Below, piece by piece: positions 1-12,600 of a stretch of DNA of 62,668 nucleotides. Origin of the DNA: Macrostomum lignano (Eukaryota); the NCBI GenBank assembly GCA_002269645.1, contig NIVC01001559.1, positions 1 through 62,668 on the forward strand. The letters run 5' to 3'. Position numbers and translations under genes: made by a program. The first letter of the stretch is position 1; each line of letters begins with the position of its first letter. The notes beneath the pieces are model-generated. The model made no database searches. It saw only the letters and a list, made by a program, of their open reading frames with translations, and had not been told where the DNA came from.

Positions 1-790
1 CTAGTTACAAGGGGTTGCTTCCCTCTTACGAGTCTTACAATGGGTTGCGTCCCTTTTTAGAGTCTTACAATTGGGTTGCTTCCTTCTTAGAGTCTTAGGG
101 TTGGGTTGCTTTCCTCTTAGAGTCTTACAATCGGGTTGCTTCCCTCTTAGAGTCATAAGACTAGGCTGCTTCCTTCTTAGAGTCTTAGGGTCAATTTGCT
201 TTCCTTTTAGAGTTTTAGGGTCAGTTTTCTTCCTTCTTAGAGTCTTAAGGTTAGGTTGCTTCCTTCCACAGATACTAGAATAACTAGATGGTCCACTCTG
301 GCATATATACTTGGCAAAACAGCTTTCTACTTTCAGTTTAGTAAAGAAGAATACATAAGCTATTTTATAAGAATAAGGCAGCTGAAATGACTTTGATAAG
401 TTTAGAAGCCCAAGCTTGCAGACGTAAACAGCTTGCTAATTAGTTCAGCCAAAATTTACATTGGCCACTGAAATGTACAAGGCAGATTTAGGCTGGAACA
501 ACCAAAGAAGGTAATAAAATAAGTCGCGGGCTGGGGTAGAGGTTCTATGAGGAGTTTGAGGGTTTAATAGCTTGGGAAGGGTTAGAGCCAATAAATAAGC
601 TTTGTCTTTAAAAATACATTAGAATGTTTCTGTTTAACTTACTACTGAACTGAAAGTAGCTGGCATGCAAATGTGCCGAGTGGCCTATCTAGTTATTCTA
701 GTATCTGTGCTTCCTTCTTAGAGTCTTAGGGTCAGTTTGCTTCTCTCTTAAAGTCTTAGGGTGGTTAGGTTGCTTCCCTTTTATTCTTAT
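1..790. repeat. ~30-bp degenerate tandem repeat (GGTTGCTTCCYTCTTAGAGTCTTA...), interrupted by a MITE at 267-709
   Basis: About 9 units at 1-266; the array resumes at 710-790. ORF 71..283 is a by-product of the 30-bp period. Confidence 0.85.
267..709. mobile_element. hAT-type MITE, 443 bp
   Basis: TIRs CACAGATACTAGAATAACTAGAT / ATCTAGTTATTCTAGTATCTGTG; exact 8-bp TSD CTTCCTTC (259-266, 710-717); second copy at 15509-15957. Confidence 0.9.
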
Positions 791-2026
791 TATAACTGAT
801 TCTTATTTTAACTAAGTATGTCAAGAATAATTTATATTAAGTCAAAAAGTCTTTCTTTATATACAAAACATACAACTGAGTTCTATTAGACCCTAAATTA
901 TAGTCACTAGGTTTAGATTTTGTGCAATAAGGATACTATAAGGTAGAGCATCCTAATTTTCAAAAATGCATTCTTAAATTAGACTTTGAATGCAATTTAG
1001 CATTTTAATACTAACAAAAAGCAATGCAATTTTTAGGTTTTAAAATAAAATAGGAATACTATATAAGATTTCTACTTACCAAATCATATCCTAAAATTGG
1101 ACATTAGATTTAACTTTGCATCTTAATGCTAGCAAAAACTTATAGCCTACTAGGGTAGTGATAAATTAGTGTTATAATAGACTTCTACATTAGAAGCCAC
1201 CCTTCCACATGCTATATATGGTATTTAATATTCAGCCCTTTTCTTTTTAGCCAGCCTTTACCAATAGGCTTGCATCTTCGTGTCTAATGAAATGCACCTA
1301 GACCAAATGCCAACCCAATCTCTAAGTTTATAATAATCAGTGCTCCTAAATCAATGTTCTATAAACTATATTCTTAATGCTCCACTTCTTATAAAGCTTC
1401 AAAGTATCCTAAAGCCTCAGTATTTAATCTGAGCACAACATGCTTGCATCTCAAGCATCCACATATTATCCTATCCTTAATTACTTTTCTTATTTATAAG
1501 TCATAAGGCTACAACCCCCAACACTTTTTGACTTTTCAAACACAAACTTCTTAGTCCTTAATGCTAGAATTCATATTTATTTCTAATTTTTCCTTTTATT
1601 TATGAGCCACAATATCAATACTTAATTCTTGACTTGTCTAAAATCTTTACCCCATATCAAAGCAACTATTTAGCTTTTGATTGTTAACTTTTCAATTCTA
1701 ATTTGAACTGAATATTTGGTCAATTTAAATTCAATTCTGAATATTTAAAATATTTATTCTATATCTATTTTGTTAATATTATACTTTTTTATCAATTTAA
1801 ATTAAGGTTAAAAAGCTAAAATGATAAATTAGGTCAGACTAGTCAAGCATATAGCTAGAAATTTTTCATGGGGCTAAAAGATACAAAAGGTAAGATTACT
1901 GCTTATTACTATTGCAGAAGGTAATTTTCATAAAAATTACATGCATAGTAATATATTATCCATTGTACCCATAGCCACACAAAGGTATATCCCTTTATCC
2001 CCTTTGTTTATGCCACTGCATTGGTT

Positions 2027-5000
2027 CTACGACATTTGCCAGCTAGACATTTGCTACCAATGTTTGCTAGCCAGACATTTGCAAATAACAATTGGTTAAG
2101 GATTGGTTAAGGATAACCTTTAAGAAGGTTAAGCCTTCTTTAGGCTTACATGTACTTTCATTTAAAAACTATAGACATTGCACCAATTTAATCCCACCTT
2201 GTTTCCTACTATTATATGAACTGCATACTTTATATAGATTTTATTTTAGAACTTTTATATATACAAAAATAATAGTCAAAAGTAACAAACAATGCAAACA
2301 TTTTAATATAAAATTTTTCACTGCCTGAAAAAGAAATTTTGATTACATTAGTTACTTTGGTACCCATTTTTAAACCCTAGCCAAAATATCAAGAAGATAA
2401 AAAGCATTCTAATGAGCAGTAGTTTGTTACCCTTTTGGATTAAGTGAACAAAAGGTATCCAACCATTTATTGCAATTTTGGAATTTTCTAGTGGATGTTG
2501 CAGCTAGAGTCAAGGCAACAATGTTGCAGCACAGTGTGGTTTTGGATAAAGGGCAAGAGTAACTATGACTGTCTTGTTAAGACTAAATGCTTCATCATCT
2601 AATTAGTACTATGTCTATATTTGGTGAGAAAGTTAATGTTTTGCATTGTGTTATATTTTTAGCTATAATTTTAGACCCTAGACCCTATGCCGTATGTCTG
2701 CAGGTTTTCTACACTTATTCCAATAGGGGTTTGTCATCAATAGCCTATATATTCAATAGCAGTATAGGGAATGAGGCAGGATCAGATTGGTGCTATTTGC
2801 AATTTTTAATACAAGTATATATAAATATAAGCCTAGACAAGAGAAGGCATAATTCAAATACTAGATGATTCACCAAAGACCTTTTTGACAAAAGTTGATT
2901 TGTCAAAAACCTACCATACATGTCCAACCTCAAAATTTTACCCATCTAGTGTGACTTAGTTTTGTCCAAATTTGCAACTTAGTTCCTCCCAATTGCGACT
3001 TAGTTCCCCTGATTGCAACTTAATTTTAACTTTGTATATGACTTTTCTTGCCATTTTCTCTTTTTCTTTCTTGTTCCTTCTTCATTTCTCTTTCATTTCC
3101 TTCTTTTCTTTTCCTTTTGGCTCATTCCATATAAGCATGGTCGTAACATGACAGGTTATTTTTACTTATAAAATGAAATCTAATAATAGAATATACTAAA
3201 CCAATATTTTAAATGAAAGATTATTTTGTCTAGAATATATTTATAGAGTTTCATATAGATATCGTCATTAGTATAGATGCTATTAAACCTTAAATGACAC
3301 TTATGGTCGTAACGACAGGATTTTTGACATATAGAAACTAAAAGGTAAAAGTCTTATAACATTTTTCATTTTTGATATTTTGCAATACATTTTTAAAATT
3401 TGACTAAGAACATCTTTAGAAATCATAATCTTTTATTAGAATATATAAACTCAAAAGGCAACAAAGATACAAAAGAAAAGGCAGCCTTATGGTCGTAACA
3501 TTATGGTCGTAACATATTTTTTTCTGTCAATTCAGTAACTTTGAGGTACTAATACATTAAAAATATAATAGATTATTTGGTCACCAATGCTTTTATCTGA
3601 TGATGCAAGTACTATACTTTTATCTATAGTTTGTTTCAACCTTCAAAAGCTTTCTATTTGTTTTTAAAAGGTACAAAATCTTAATGATGTCTTTTGCTTC
3701 GAAAAATGTCCAAATTTTTACAAAAATGACTTTTTGCCAATTGATAACATACTAATCCAACATTTTACCATTCCTTTATTCTTAGATTGTATATATTGCA
3801 CAATATAAACATTTGGTAAAAAAATAGGCTAATTAGGCAATGGCAAGCAAAAATATTGACTTTTTTCTATTTTCCCAATATGTCCATCTTATATGGAATG
3901 AGCCTTTTATCTTTCTCTTCTTTCCCCCCCCCCCCAATTGTTTTTTTTTGCATTTTTGATTTTGCAACTTACCTTGGCCAGTAGCCATTTCACCTATCCA
4001 GCCAGTTTGGATAGGTTGGATAGGTGTTGGGCATATATGAAACCTACTGATTGTGAAACTGATATATCTACCAATTCAAAAGCGATATACTGTATCACTC
4101 ACTGTTCTAAGTGAGTGAGTTATATTCTATTGTAAATGTACATCTTGGTTAGCATGATTCATATACATTGTATTGCATTTTAGAACCCCATTTAAACATA
4201 TAAACAAACCTTAGAGATTTAGTATATTAGGATTATATTAAGATTATATTTTATATTATAGATTATAGATTTTTTTAGGATATACATCATCTTTAACTTG
4301 GCCAGTTTGGGCCTATATATATATTTTCTTAGCTTAAACTGCTATCTTTAGACTTAACAGTAAGGTTATAAGTTTGATTTTTTAGTTTTTTATATATGAA
4401 AACAAAATACAAGGAGAATATTTTTTGCGCAACAACTGCCACATGCTATATAAAATATGTTTCTTTCCTACTTTTGCATATTATAATAGCCAAAGTGGGA
4501 CCCACTCAACCCTTTTCTGCCTTTCTTTTACTACTTAGACTCATGACCAATTACTATACATATATGTAGATTCACTAGCAACAAGCAACTACTTCTCTCT
4601 GCAATATGCATTTGTTATAAGCTTTGTTGGCAGTGTACAGCATCTGACATACAGCATTGAAACAGCAATAGATCAATGCTATATGTCAGAAGTGCATGTC
4701 TATATGGCAGTAGGCACTACAATGCAACTGTGGTTCCTGGCAACATCACAAGTGCAACAGTGGCTTCAACAGTAGCAATACCAATAGTTGATGTGGCAGG
4801 CAATATTTGATTGGAAATGTCACAATTGCATAGCTGGCTTGGCAGCAAAAGCTCCAGCTGTAGCTAGAGGCACTCAATGATTTCAACAAGGACTTGGCAG
4901 CAGAAGCTCCAGCTATAGCTAGAGTCAACGCGATGACTTCAATGAGGACTTGGTAGTAGCTAGCTAGGGTTGATGCTAATGATTTCAATGAGGACTTGGT

Positions 5001-5520
5001 AGCAGAAGTTGGAGCAAATGACTTCAATGATAACTTGGTGGCAAAAGTTCCGGTTGCTAACTTCAATAATGCAGTTGACAATGTTGTACTATTTTGCAAT
5101 GTAATCCCTCGGAAAGACAATTTTAACATCTAAATTTTGACATTAAACATTCTACATTTATCTTTATTTGTTATTGGGATCATTGATTGATTTTGACATT
5201 TTACATTTTTTAACATTTAACATGCTAAATTTTATTTTTGATTGTTATTTGGGTCATTGATTGATTTTTCACATTGTGACATTTTATATTTTAATAGTTA
5301 ATATTTCTTCTCTTTATTTGTTCATTTTATTTATTTGTTCATTGTTTATTTATTTTGCAAAATAGGGCCTAATTTTTAGCAAAACAATCTTTTTGGAAAA
5401 TTAAATTTTAGCAAATCAACTTTTGGCAAATTGACTTGTTACCTATAATTCTTTATGCAATTGCCATCTACAAATGTCTAGCTGGCAAATTTCCCACTGG
5501 CAAACATTGGCTAGCTAATG
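2027..5520. mobile_element. Decayed TIR element(s) forming the outer layers of a nested TE stack
   Basis: GACATTTGCCAGCTAGACATTTG (~2032) is inverted to CAAATGTCTAGCTGGCAAAT (~5471). An inner inverted pair is TTTGACAAAAGTTGATTTG (~2884) / CAAATCAACTTTTGGCAAA (~5412). Exact ends and TSDs not resolved. Confidence 0.5.
3119..3904. mobile_element. Non-autonomous TIR DNA transposon, 786 bp, superfamily unassigned
   Basis: Perfect 17-bp TIRs GGCTCATTCCATATAAG / CTTATATGGAATGAGCC; TTTT on both flanks. It splits a copy of the repeat family also seen at 10325-11940. Confidence 0.75.
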
Positions 5521-5574
5521 TTACTAGGCTTATCTAGAGATAGCCTATCTCTACTGCATTCTATACTTCAGATC

Positions 5575-5720
5575 ATCTCTACATATAAAAATCAAAACTT
5601 TGTGTGTCTGTGTGTGGACAGTTTTGATTGCTATGGACTCACAAAACCGCCTGAACCAAATGACACCAAATTTTGCACCTACCCTAAACTTACTACGGAG
5701 AATGTCCTAGGCTACCTTTA
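5575..5720 (+). mobile_element. Helitron-like non-autonomous 5' end fragment
   Basis: TCTCTACATATAAAAATC...GTGTGTCTGTGTGTG...AAAACCGCCTGAACCAAATGACACCAAATTTTGCAC resembles the head of 52709-55088 and typical Helitron-N heads. Confidence 0.35.
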
Positions 5721-6754
5721 AATTTCCTAGACTCAAGTCTTCCTACCTAAAAGTACAAAAAACTGCTCAAAATGCGCAATTTTTTTACTAAATGCTCCAT
5801 AGCGCCACTCCACTTCTACCGATTCTCTTCCAATTTGACACAGACAATTTTCAACTATTTTGGCATAATCATGTAAAATTTTGAGTCTCAAAGTTAATCC
5901 TGAACAATGTTGTACACTTTTAAAGTTAGGCTATTTTTTGTCAGCGAGACAGCCACCCCAACCTCCACCCGCCTGCCTCTGTTTCCCGATTCCGATCTGG
6001 GCCTAGGTGTATAAAAGGGTTTCAAAATTGACAAACTTTTCAGCTGCCATAAGTTTACTCCACGTGAAGTGATTGACTTTAAACTTGACACAATTCTTCA
6101 TTGACTTATTATCTATTTTAATGTAAAGTTTCAACTCTGTAACTCAACCGAAAAAGAAACTGTAAGCGTGTGAAGTTTGTCTGTGTTTTTCTGTTGTTTG
6201 TGCCACTCACTCATTCATTCCCCCAGAGGCAAAGCCAGACAAAGGGTCAGGCAATAGAACTGAATGTACATGGCAATGTACAGTGTTTTGGAACAACTTT
6301 ATTTAGCCTTCTTTGCACCCCGAAAGTGGAGAGGCTACGTTTAGCCATAACAGTTTAGTGAGAAATTCTGCCTTCTGTATTAGCACACTCTGCAGCAGTC
6401 TAACAGTGGATAGCAATTGGCAAATTGAGGGAAATTGGGAATCCAGCATGGTTTATAAAAGCAAAAAGCCAAAAGATTTATGAAAAGGCAATGCGATGCA
6501 ATGCAATACAACCCTACTAAATTAGGCACACCATGGAAATTTTAGGTTTCTTTTAAAGGTACTGTGTAAATTTTAAATGGCCTCCTAAGAAATGCGTATT
6601 TCCTTGGTTGTTACTGTTAGACTGATGCAAACTGCAGTGGTGCTGAAGATACACAAATTCCTTTTAGGGCTGCAAATTGGCAAGAAAGATGACGTGATCA
6701 AAGCATGAGAACAACCATGAGAGTACTACGTCCCACAAACTGGCTTTCCAAGCA

Positions 6755-7488
6755 GGGATAGGCAGACTTTTACCTCAAAGGCCAGATAAAGAATACAGCT
6801 TATGGCTGAGAGGCAGATGAGAGTGGAAAGAAGAAGGAATAGACGATTCAAAGAGAGGAGAGGTGACAGAGGGGATAAAAGAAAAGATAAAAGATAATAA
6901 GAGAGATGAGGGGTGAGGACGATGAGAGAGAGGGGGAGAAAAGGGGAGAGAGTAGAGATGAGAGAGCAGAGAGCTGCAGATGAGAGGAGAGGGGAGACAG
7001 CAGAGAGGAGAGCAGAGAGGAAACAGGTGAAAGAAGAGATAAGAGAGTAAAGGAAAGAGAGAAGAGATAAAGATACATCTCTACATCTCTAAGGTTGTAG
7101 AGATGAGAGAGGTGAAAGGAGAGATGAGAAATAAGAGATGAGAGATAAAGAGGAGAGGAGAGAAGAGAGGGAGAGAGAGTATAGAAAAGGGAAGAGAAGA
7201 GAAAAGAAGAAAGGAGAAAGGAAAGTGAGGAGTCAAAAGAGAGGAAAGAAAAGAGTACAGAGGAGAGAGATGAGAGAACATATAAGACATAGATGCCAGA
7301 TCAAGGAGGGGGATGAGAAAGCAGAGACAAGAGTGAACAGATGAAAGATAGGAGAGTAGAGAGAATAGAGGAGAGATTATAGAGATGAGAGAAGAGAGGA
7401 GAGACAAAGGTAGAGAAGTGAGTGAGGAGAGAGGAGAGGAAAGAGGAGAGAGTAGAAAGAGGAGGAGAGATAAGAGAGAAAGACAGAA

Positions 7489-7571
<83 letters not shown>

Positions 7572-8313
7572 AAGAGCAGGCAGAGCAGAGAGAAAAGAGA
7601 AGAGATAAAATAGAATAGATAAAAGAAGAAAAAGGAGAGATAAAAGAGCAGACAAGAGAGAAGAGAGGTGAGGGAAAAGATGAGTGACGAGGGGAGAAAA
7701 AAGAGAAAAAACAAGAAAAGAGATGAGAAGAAAGAGAGAGAAGAAAGAGGTAAGGGAAGAGATGAGAGAAGAGGGGAGAGAGGAGAGAGAGGGGAAAGAG
7801 TAGAGAGGAGAGATGAGAGAGTAGAAGAGAGAGTTAAGAGAAGAGAGAAAAGAATAGAGAGAAGGAAGAGATGAGAGAAAAGAAGGAGAGATGAGAGACG
7901 AGAGGAGAGAGAAAAGAAGAGGGAAGAGATGAGATAAGAGATATGAAAGAGAGGAAAGATAAGGGAAGATATGAAAGAAGATGGGAGAGAGTAGAGGAGA
8001 GAGAGAATGAAAGAGTAGAGAGGAGAGAGGAGAGCAGAGAGAAAATGAAAAGTAGAAAGGAGAGAGGAGAGGAGAGAGAAAACATAGCGAAGAGATGAGA
8101 TAAGAGAGATCAAAGAGAAGAGAAATAACGGAAGATATGAGAGAAAAGAGGAGAGAGGAGAGAAAAGAGAGGAGAGAGGAGAGAAAGAGAGGAGAGAGGA
8201 TATACGAGGGACGAGAGAGAAGAAAGGAAACAGAAGAGATGATAGAAATTTTAAAGGATCCAAGGGACATAAGGAGAGTTAGGGAGAGGCCAGGCCACTA
8301 GAGTTTGCCAATA
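6755..8313. repeat. ~1.45-kb GA-rich tract with an (AG)n core, inside a decayed copy of the CAGGGGTCGGCAAAC MITE family
   Basis: Flanks resemble the intact copy at 59361-59592 (GGCAGACTTTTACC...GGCCAGAT at ~6762; GAGTTTGCCAATACATG at ~8301). The L/S-rich and E/R/K-rich ORFs here are artefacts. Confidence 0.7.
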
Positions 8314-9699
8314 CATGTTTTAGAGTCAGACAGACATTGCCTGGCATTCTGCAGAGTGCCCCAGCCAATAATATCAATGTTTGCCTCAAACCCTAATTTT
8401 ATACAAATGTGCTCCATTTTATGTCTACCTCTATCCTATTAACTATAAATTTGTTTGTGTATAGCCTTAGATTTTAGAATATATGCAAAATTAGTTCTGG
8501 GGATTGGAATTTTCCGGGTTCAAAGTCTGCGGGTTTCAACAGTTTGTAAATATATATATATATATATAATATATATTTGTAAACAGTTTGTAAATATATA
8601 TAAGTACAAAAACTGATTAAATAAAAATATTATAATAAAAACCATAGTATATAGGCAAAATTAGATCATAGCCTATTGTAAATTATGATCATAGGCAAAA
8701 CTTATAATAACTATTTTATTACTTGACCAATTCTCTAAAAAAGACAAACAGGACAAACAAAAAGTTATACTTCACAAATTGGTTCTGGTTCTGGAACCAG
8801 AACAAGCAATATGAAAAGGCCCCATATAGGCCTATAGCGTACAAGTAGGCCTATGTCTTAAAAAATATCAGCTTTTTAAAAGTCAGAATTGCATATTTGA
8901 GTTTAAATTGACTCCCAGGTCTCTTGAGTCATGAGAGGCCTATCACATGCTCCTTGATAGTCTCGGTTCTTGAATGATAATCATGATAAATCTGTTAGAA
9001 ATAAAACAATTAATTGGAAAAAGAGCCTAGGGCTTAGGGCCTAAGTAGTCAATAAATGCCAGGCCAAACATAGGGATTATCAAAGGTGGGTCGGTCCTCA
9101 GGCAGGCTAGAGCCTAGAGACTAGTAATAGGCCTAGTCCAGTGAGTGAGATTTTGAAAGTTTTTTTTAGTATTTTTTTCTTTTTAATTTGATAGTAGGCC
9201 CTTAATCCTGTTTGTCAATTTTGTCTCCATAACTAGAGGGAGATACGTGCTATAAAGTTTTTATTATTGAATGACAATCGCCAAGAAGAAAGTGAAAAAT
9301 TATGCTACAGCTAAGTGAGGTTGTTAACGCAGTTAAATGCTGTTTTTCTTGGAAGATTTGAACCGATTCTGATTCTGGAATTGGTAATATGAAAAGCCGC
9401 AAAAGCACCAGTCACTTAATGTTATAACAATTTTTTACTTTAAATAACCGAAGTAAAACTAAAACTGTGAATGCAGAGCTAAAAATACGTCATTTTGTTT
9501 TTAACAAAACAAATAACTTTTTTGTATTAACTGCTTTAAACGTTAAAGCAATTGTGTACGAAATATTACAACCTTGTTCAGGAGAGGTTTTAACATTCTG
9601 ATTGATTTTCTGCTGTTCATATAAATTTACTTTCGAAGTCAATAACTTCTTGAAGAAGTGATTTTTAGTTTCCCTACTAGGCCTGAATTTATACAAGAT

Positions 9700-12600
9700 A
9701 TGCCATTCCAACGCGGCAGGCCTAATTCTCGATATCGTTTTGATAGAAGAAGTAAGTATATATGATGTTGTATTGTGTATGCCTTGTGTGTTGACTGTTG
9801 TGTAGGCCTAATGGCTAGTGCCATGGAAGTAACTTTTTTCTGTATCATTTATCTTATTGCTTTTATTATTATAAAAATTTCTGAACAAATCAAAACCTTT
9901 TCATAGAAGTAGACATGCATATCTTACAGGGTGTTGACAGTCTCCTTAGGCTTATTTTCTTTATTTCTTCTTATTTTATTTTGGACTTTGTCTCCTTATT
10001 TTTAGGGAGTATCTCCTTATCTTTTATGTATATTTTTTAAAGAAAACTTTTTTTAATAATTATTTGTAATAACAATTGCGAATGCATTGCGAATACTTTG
10101 GTTTAATTGGTTTAATTGGTTTAATTTGGTTTGCTTTAATAATAATTTTTTGGTGATATTATTTACAGTGGAAAACATACTAAAACCATGGGCAAGAAAC
10201 AATTTCTTCTAACACCATTGTGCTGCACACAAATTGGAGCCTCCTGTATCATGCCTTCAAAAATTTGCCATATTTACAATGCCTAGATACACTACTCCAA
10301 TGCCTAGATGATAGGCAAAAAATCTCTCAATTGCAACTTAGTTCCTCCCAATTGCAACTTAGTTCCTCCTAATTGCAACTTAGTTCCTCCCAATTGTAAC
10401 TAGTGATGGATCCGAATATTCGGATTCGGAAATTTTTTTTTCCTAATATTTCCGAATGTGCTTCTAAAATTCAAATCTAAAATAAATATTACAAATCAAG
10501 AAACCAAAGCATGCAACCCGTTAAATAAAGAAACTAAAAACTAAAAAGAAAGAAAATTAAAAGGCAAAGAGCAAAATCTATCACGTTATTCTTTTTTTCT
10601 ACGATTGTCTATTTTTGCAGCAATATATGTTTAAAAAAATTTAAATAAGTAAATTTACTAAACCTAGGGACCCGTAAGACGATAAACCTAAAGTTACGGA
10701 AATATTTTGGTAATTATTGTTTAAGTGTAATAACAGGTTTTTTCAAAATGCAAAATTGCAACTGCACGGGTCACATGGACTGTACGTACGTACAGTAAAA
10801 TTATCATAATTGCACTGTATATATATGTCACTCATTAGCTATAGTCAGTAGTACTAGAATTAGATGTTCATGTAACACGGTAGAAGTAGAACTGAATTTC
10901 CTATCTAAGTCCGTCTCTTTAAATTTGGTTTCGCAATAGATATCAGTAGAGGTCAGACAAGTAGAAGATTTTGGTCATGCGTGAATTTTTCAAAGGCAGG
11001 CGTGATCATGATTGTGAATTTATATTAGCATACATGTATATTGAGCTCGTAAGTTACAAGTGTTGAAAATAACAAACAAGAAAAGAAATCATACTCGTAT
11101 ATTGATAATAGCTACTTGGCCGTAATGCTATCAAGTCAACAAATTTAAAATTTGTTAATTCTTTACACATTGTGTTCAACGTTTTTTGGTAAATCAAGTA
11201 GAAAAGTTATATTTCTAATAAAAACGTAAGCAGAAATTCACAACTGATGGAACAGGTTTCAACAAAATCACTATCGTGAAAAAATGGTCTTGAATTCACG
11301 ATTGTGATCATATCTGACCCCTAAGATAAAAGTACGAGTACAAATATAATCCCAGGAGAGATGGAATCTTGTCAGTCAATTTATGTGCGCACTAATTAGA
11401 TGACAAGACATTTTCGTAAATTAAAAGAGTCATAGTTACTCCCGCCGTTTACCTTACACTTTTTGCTTACATTCGGAAACATTCGGATTCGGATTCGGAT
11501 TTTTTTTGTACATTCGGATTCGGTTTCGGAAACTTGCAAAAATCCACATTCGGTCCATCACTAATTGTAACTTAGTTCCTCCTAATTGCAACTTAGTTCC
11601 TCCTAATTGCAACTTAGCTCCTCTTAATTGCAACTTAGTTCCTCCTGATTGCAACTTAGTTCTTCTTGATTGCAACTTAGTTCCTCCTAATTGCAACTTA
11701 GTTCCTCTGATTGTAACTTAATTTTCGCTTAGTATATGACTTTCCTTGCCTTTTTCTCTTTTCTTCTCTTTCTATTTCTCTCCTCTTTCCCTTTTCCTTC
11801 CTTTCTTTTCCTTCTCTTCCCTTCCTTTCTTTCTTCCAAAAGTTTTTGTTTTTTATGTTTTCGATTTTGCAACTGACTTAAGCTAAGGCCATTTCACCCA
11901 TCAGTTTGGACAGGTCAGATGGGTGTTGGGCATGTATGGTGGAAAATTGATACACACAAAGATTAGTATGAATGCTTTATTATAAGCTTTAAAAACACAG
12001 AAAGCTAGCAATTAATAATTTTATACCTAAAAATGATTTTTTTTCATCTTTTTTTCACAATAACTTTTCCGCATGAATCTATAAAGTGCACACCAGGTAT
12101 GCACATATATTATTTTCTTAGGAGTGATGTACGCCAATTGTACATACCTACTTTTGGCATGCAAGGCATGCAAATTTTTGGGCCTAGCACAGGAAAGTTT
12201 TCCAAGATAATCCCTACAGGAAAAAGTTGTAAAACTGTGGACGGTGTCCGGCGCACTTTTGAAATTTTTCTAAAGCGCAGTGCGCACACAAGCGCGCAGG
12301 GCCTGCTCGCGCAGTGCCCTTCCCCACTGGCTGCTGCTCAAGCAAATAAATATACATAGAAGGGGGCCTAATACCTCTGGAGAAGGAGCCTATACACTTG
12401 TCATTTATAATACCTAGCAATGTTCCGAAATTTCAATTTCAATTTTCTAAAATTCAAAATTTTTAAGAGCAAATTTCAATTTTGAAAAAAATTGGAAGTC
12501 AACATTTCAAAAGTGTCTAAGTGGCTAAAAATAAACAGCGAGTAATTTCTGCTACATATACATGTATTTTGTTTTGCATAAGCAGTAAATCAAAATGTAA

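Noticed and set aside
6848-8270. L/S/F-rich membrane-protein ORFs and E/R/K-rich ORFs (also 38505-39933)
   Set aside because: Translations of GA/CT low-complexity DNA.
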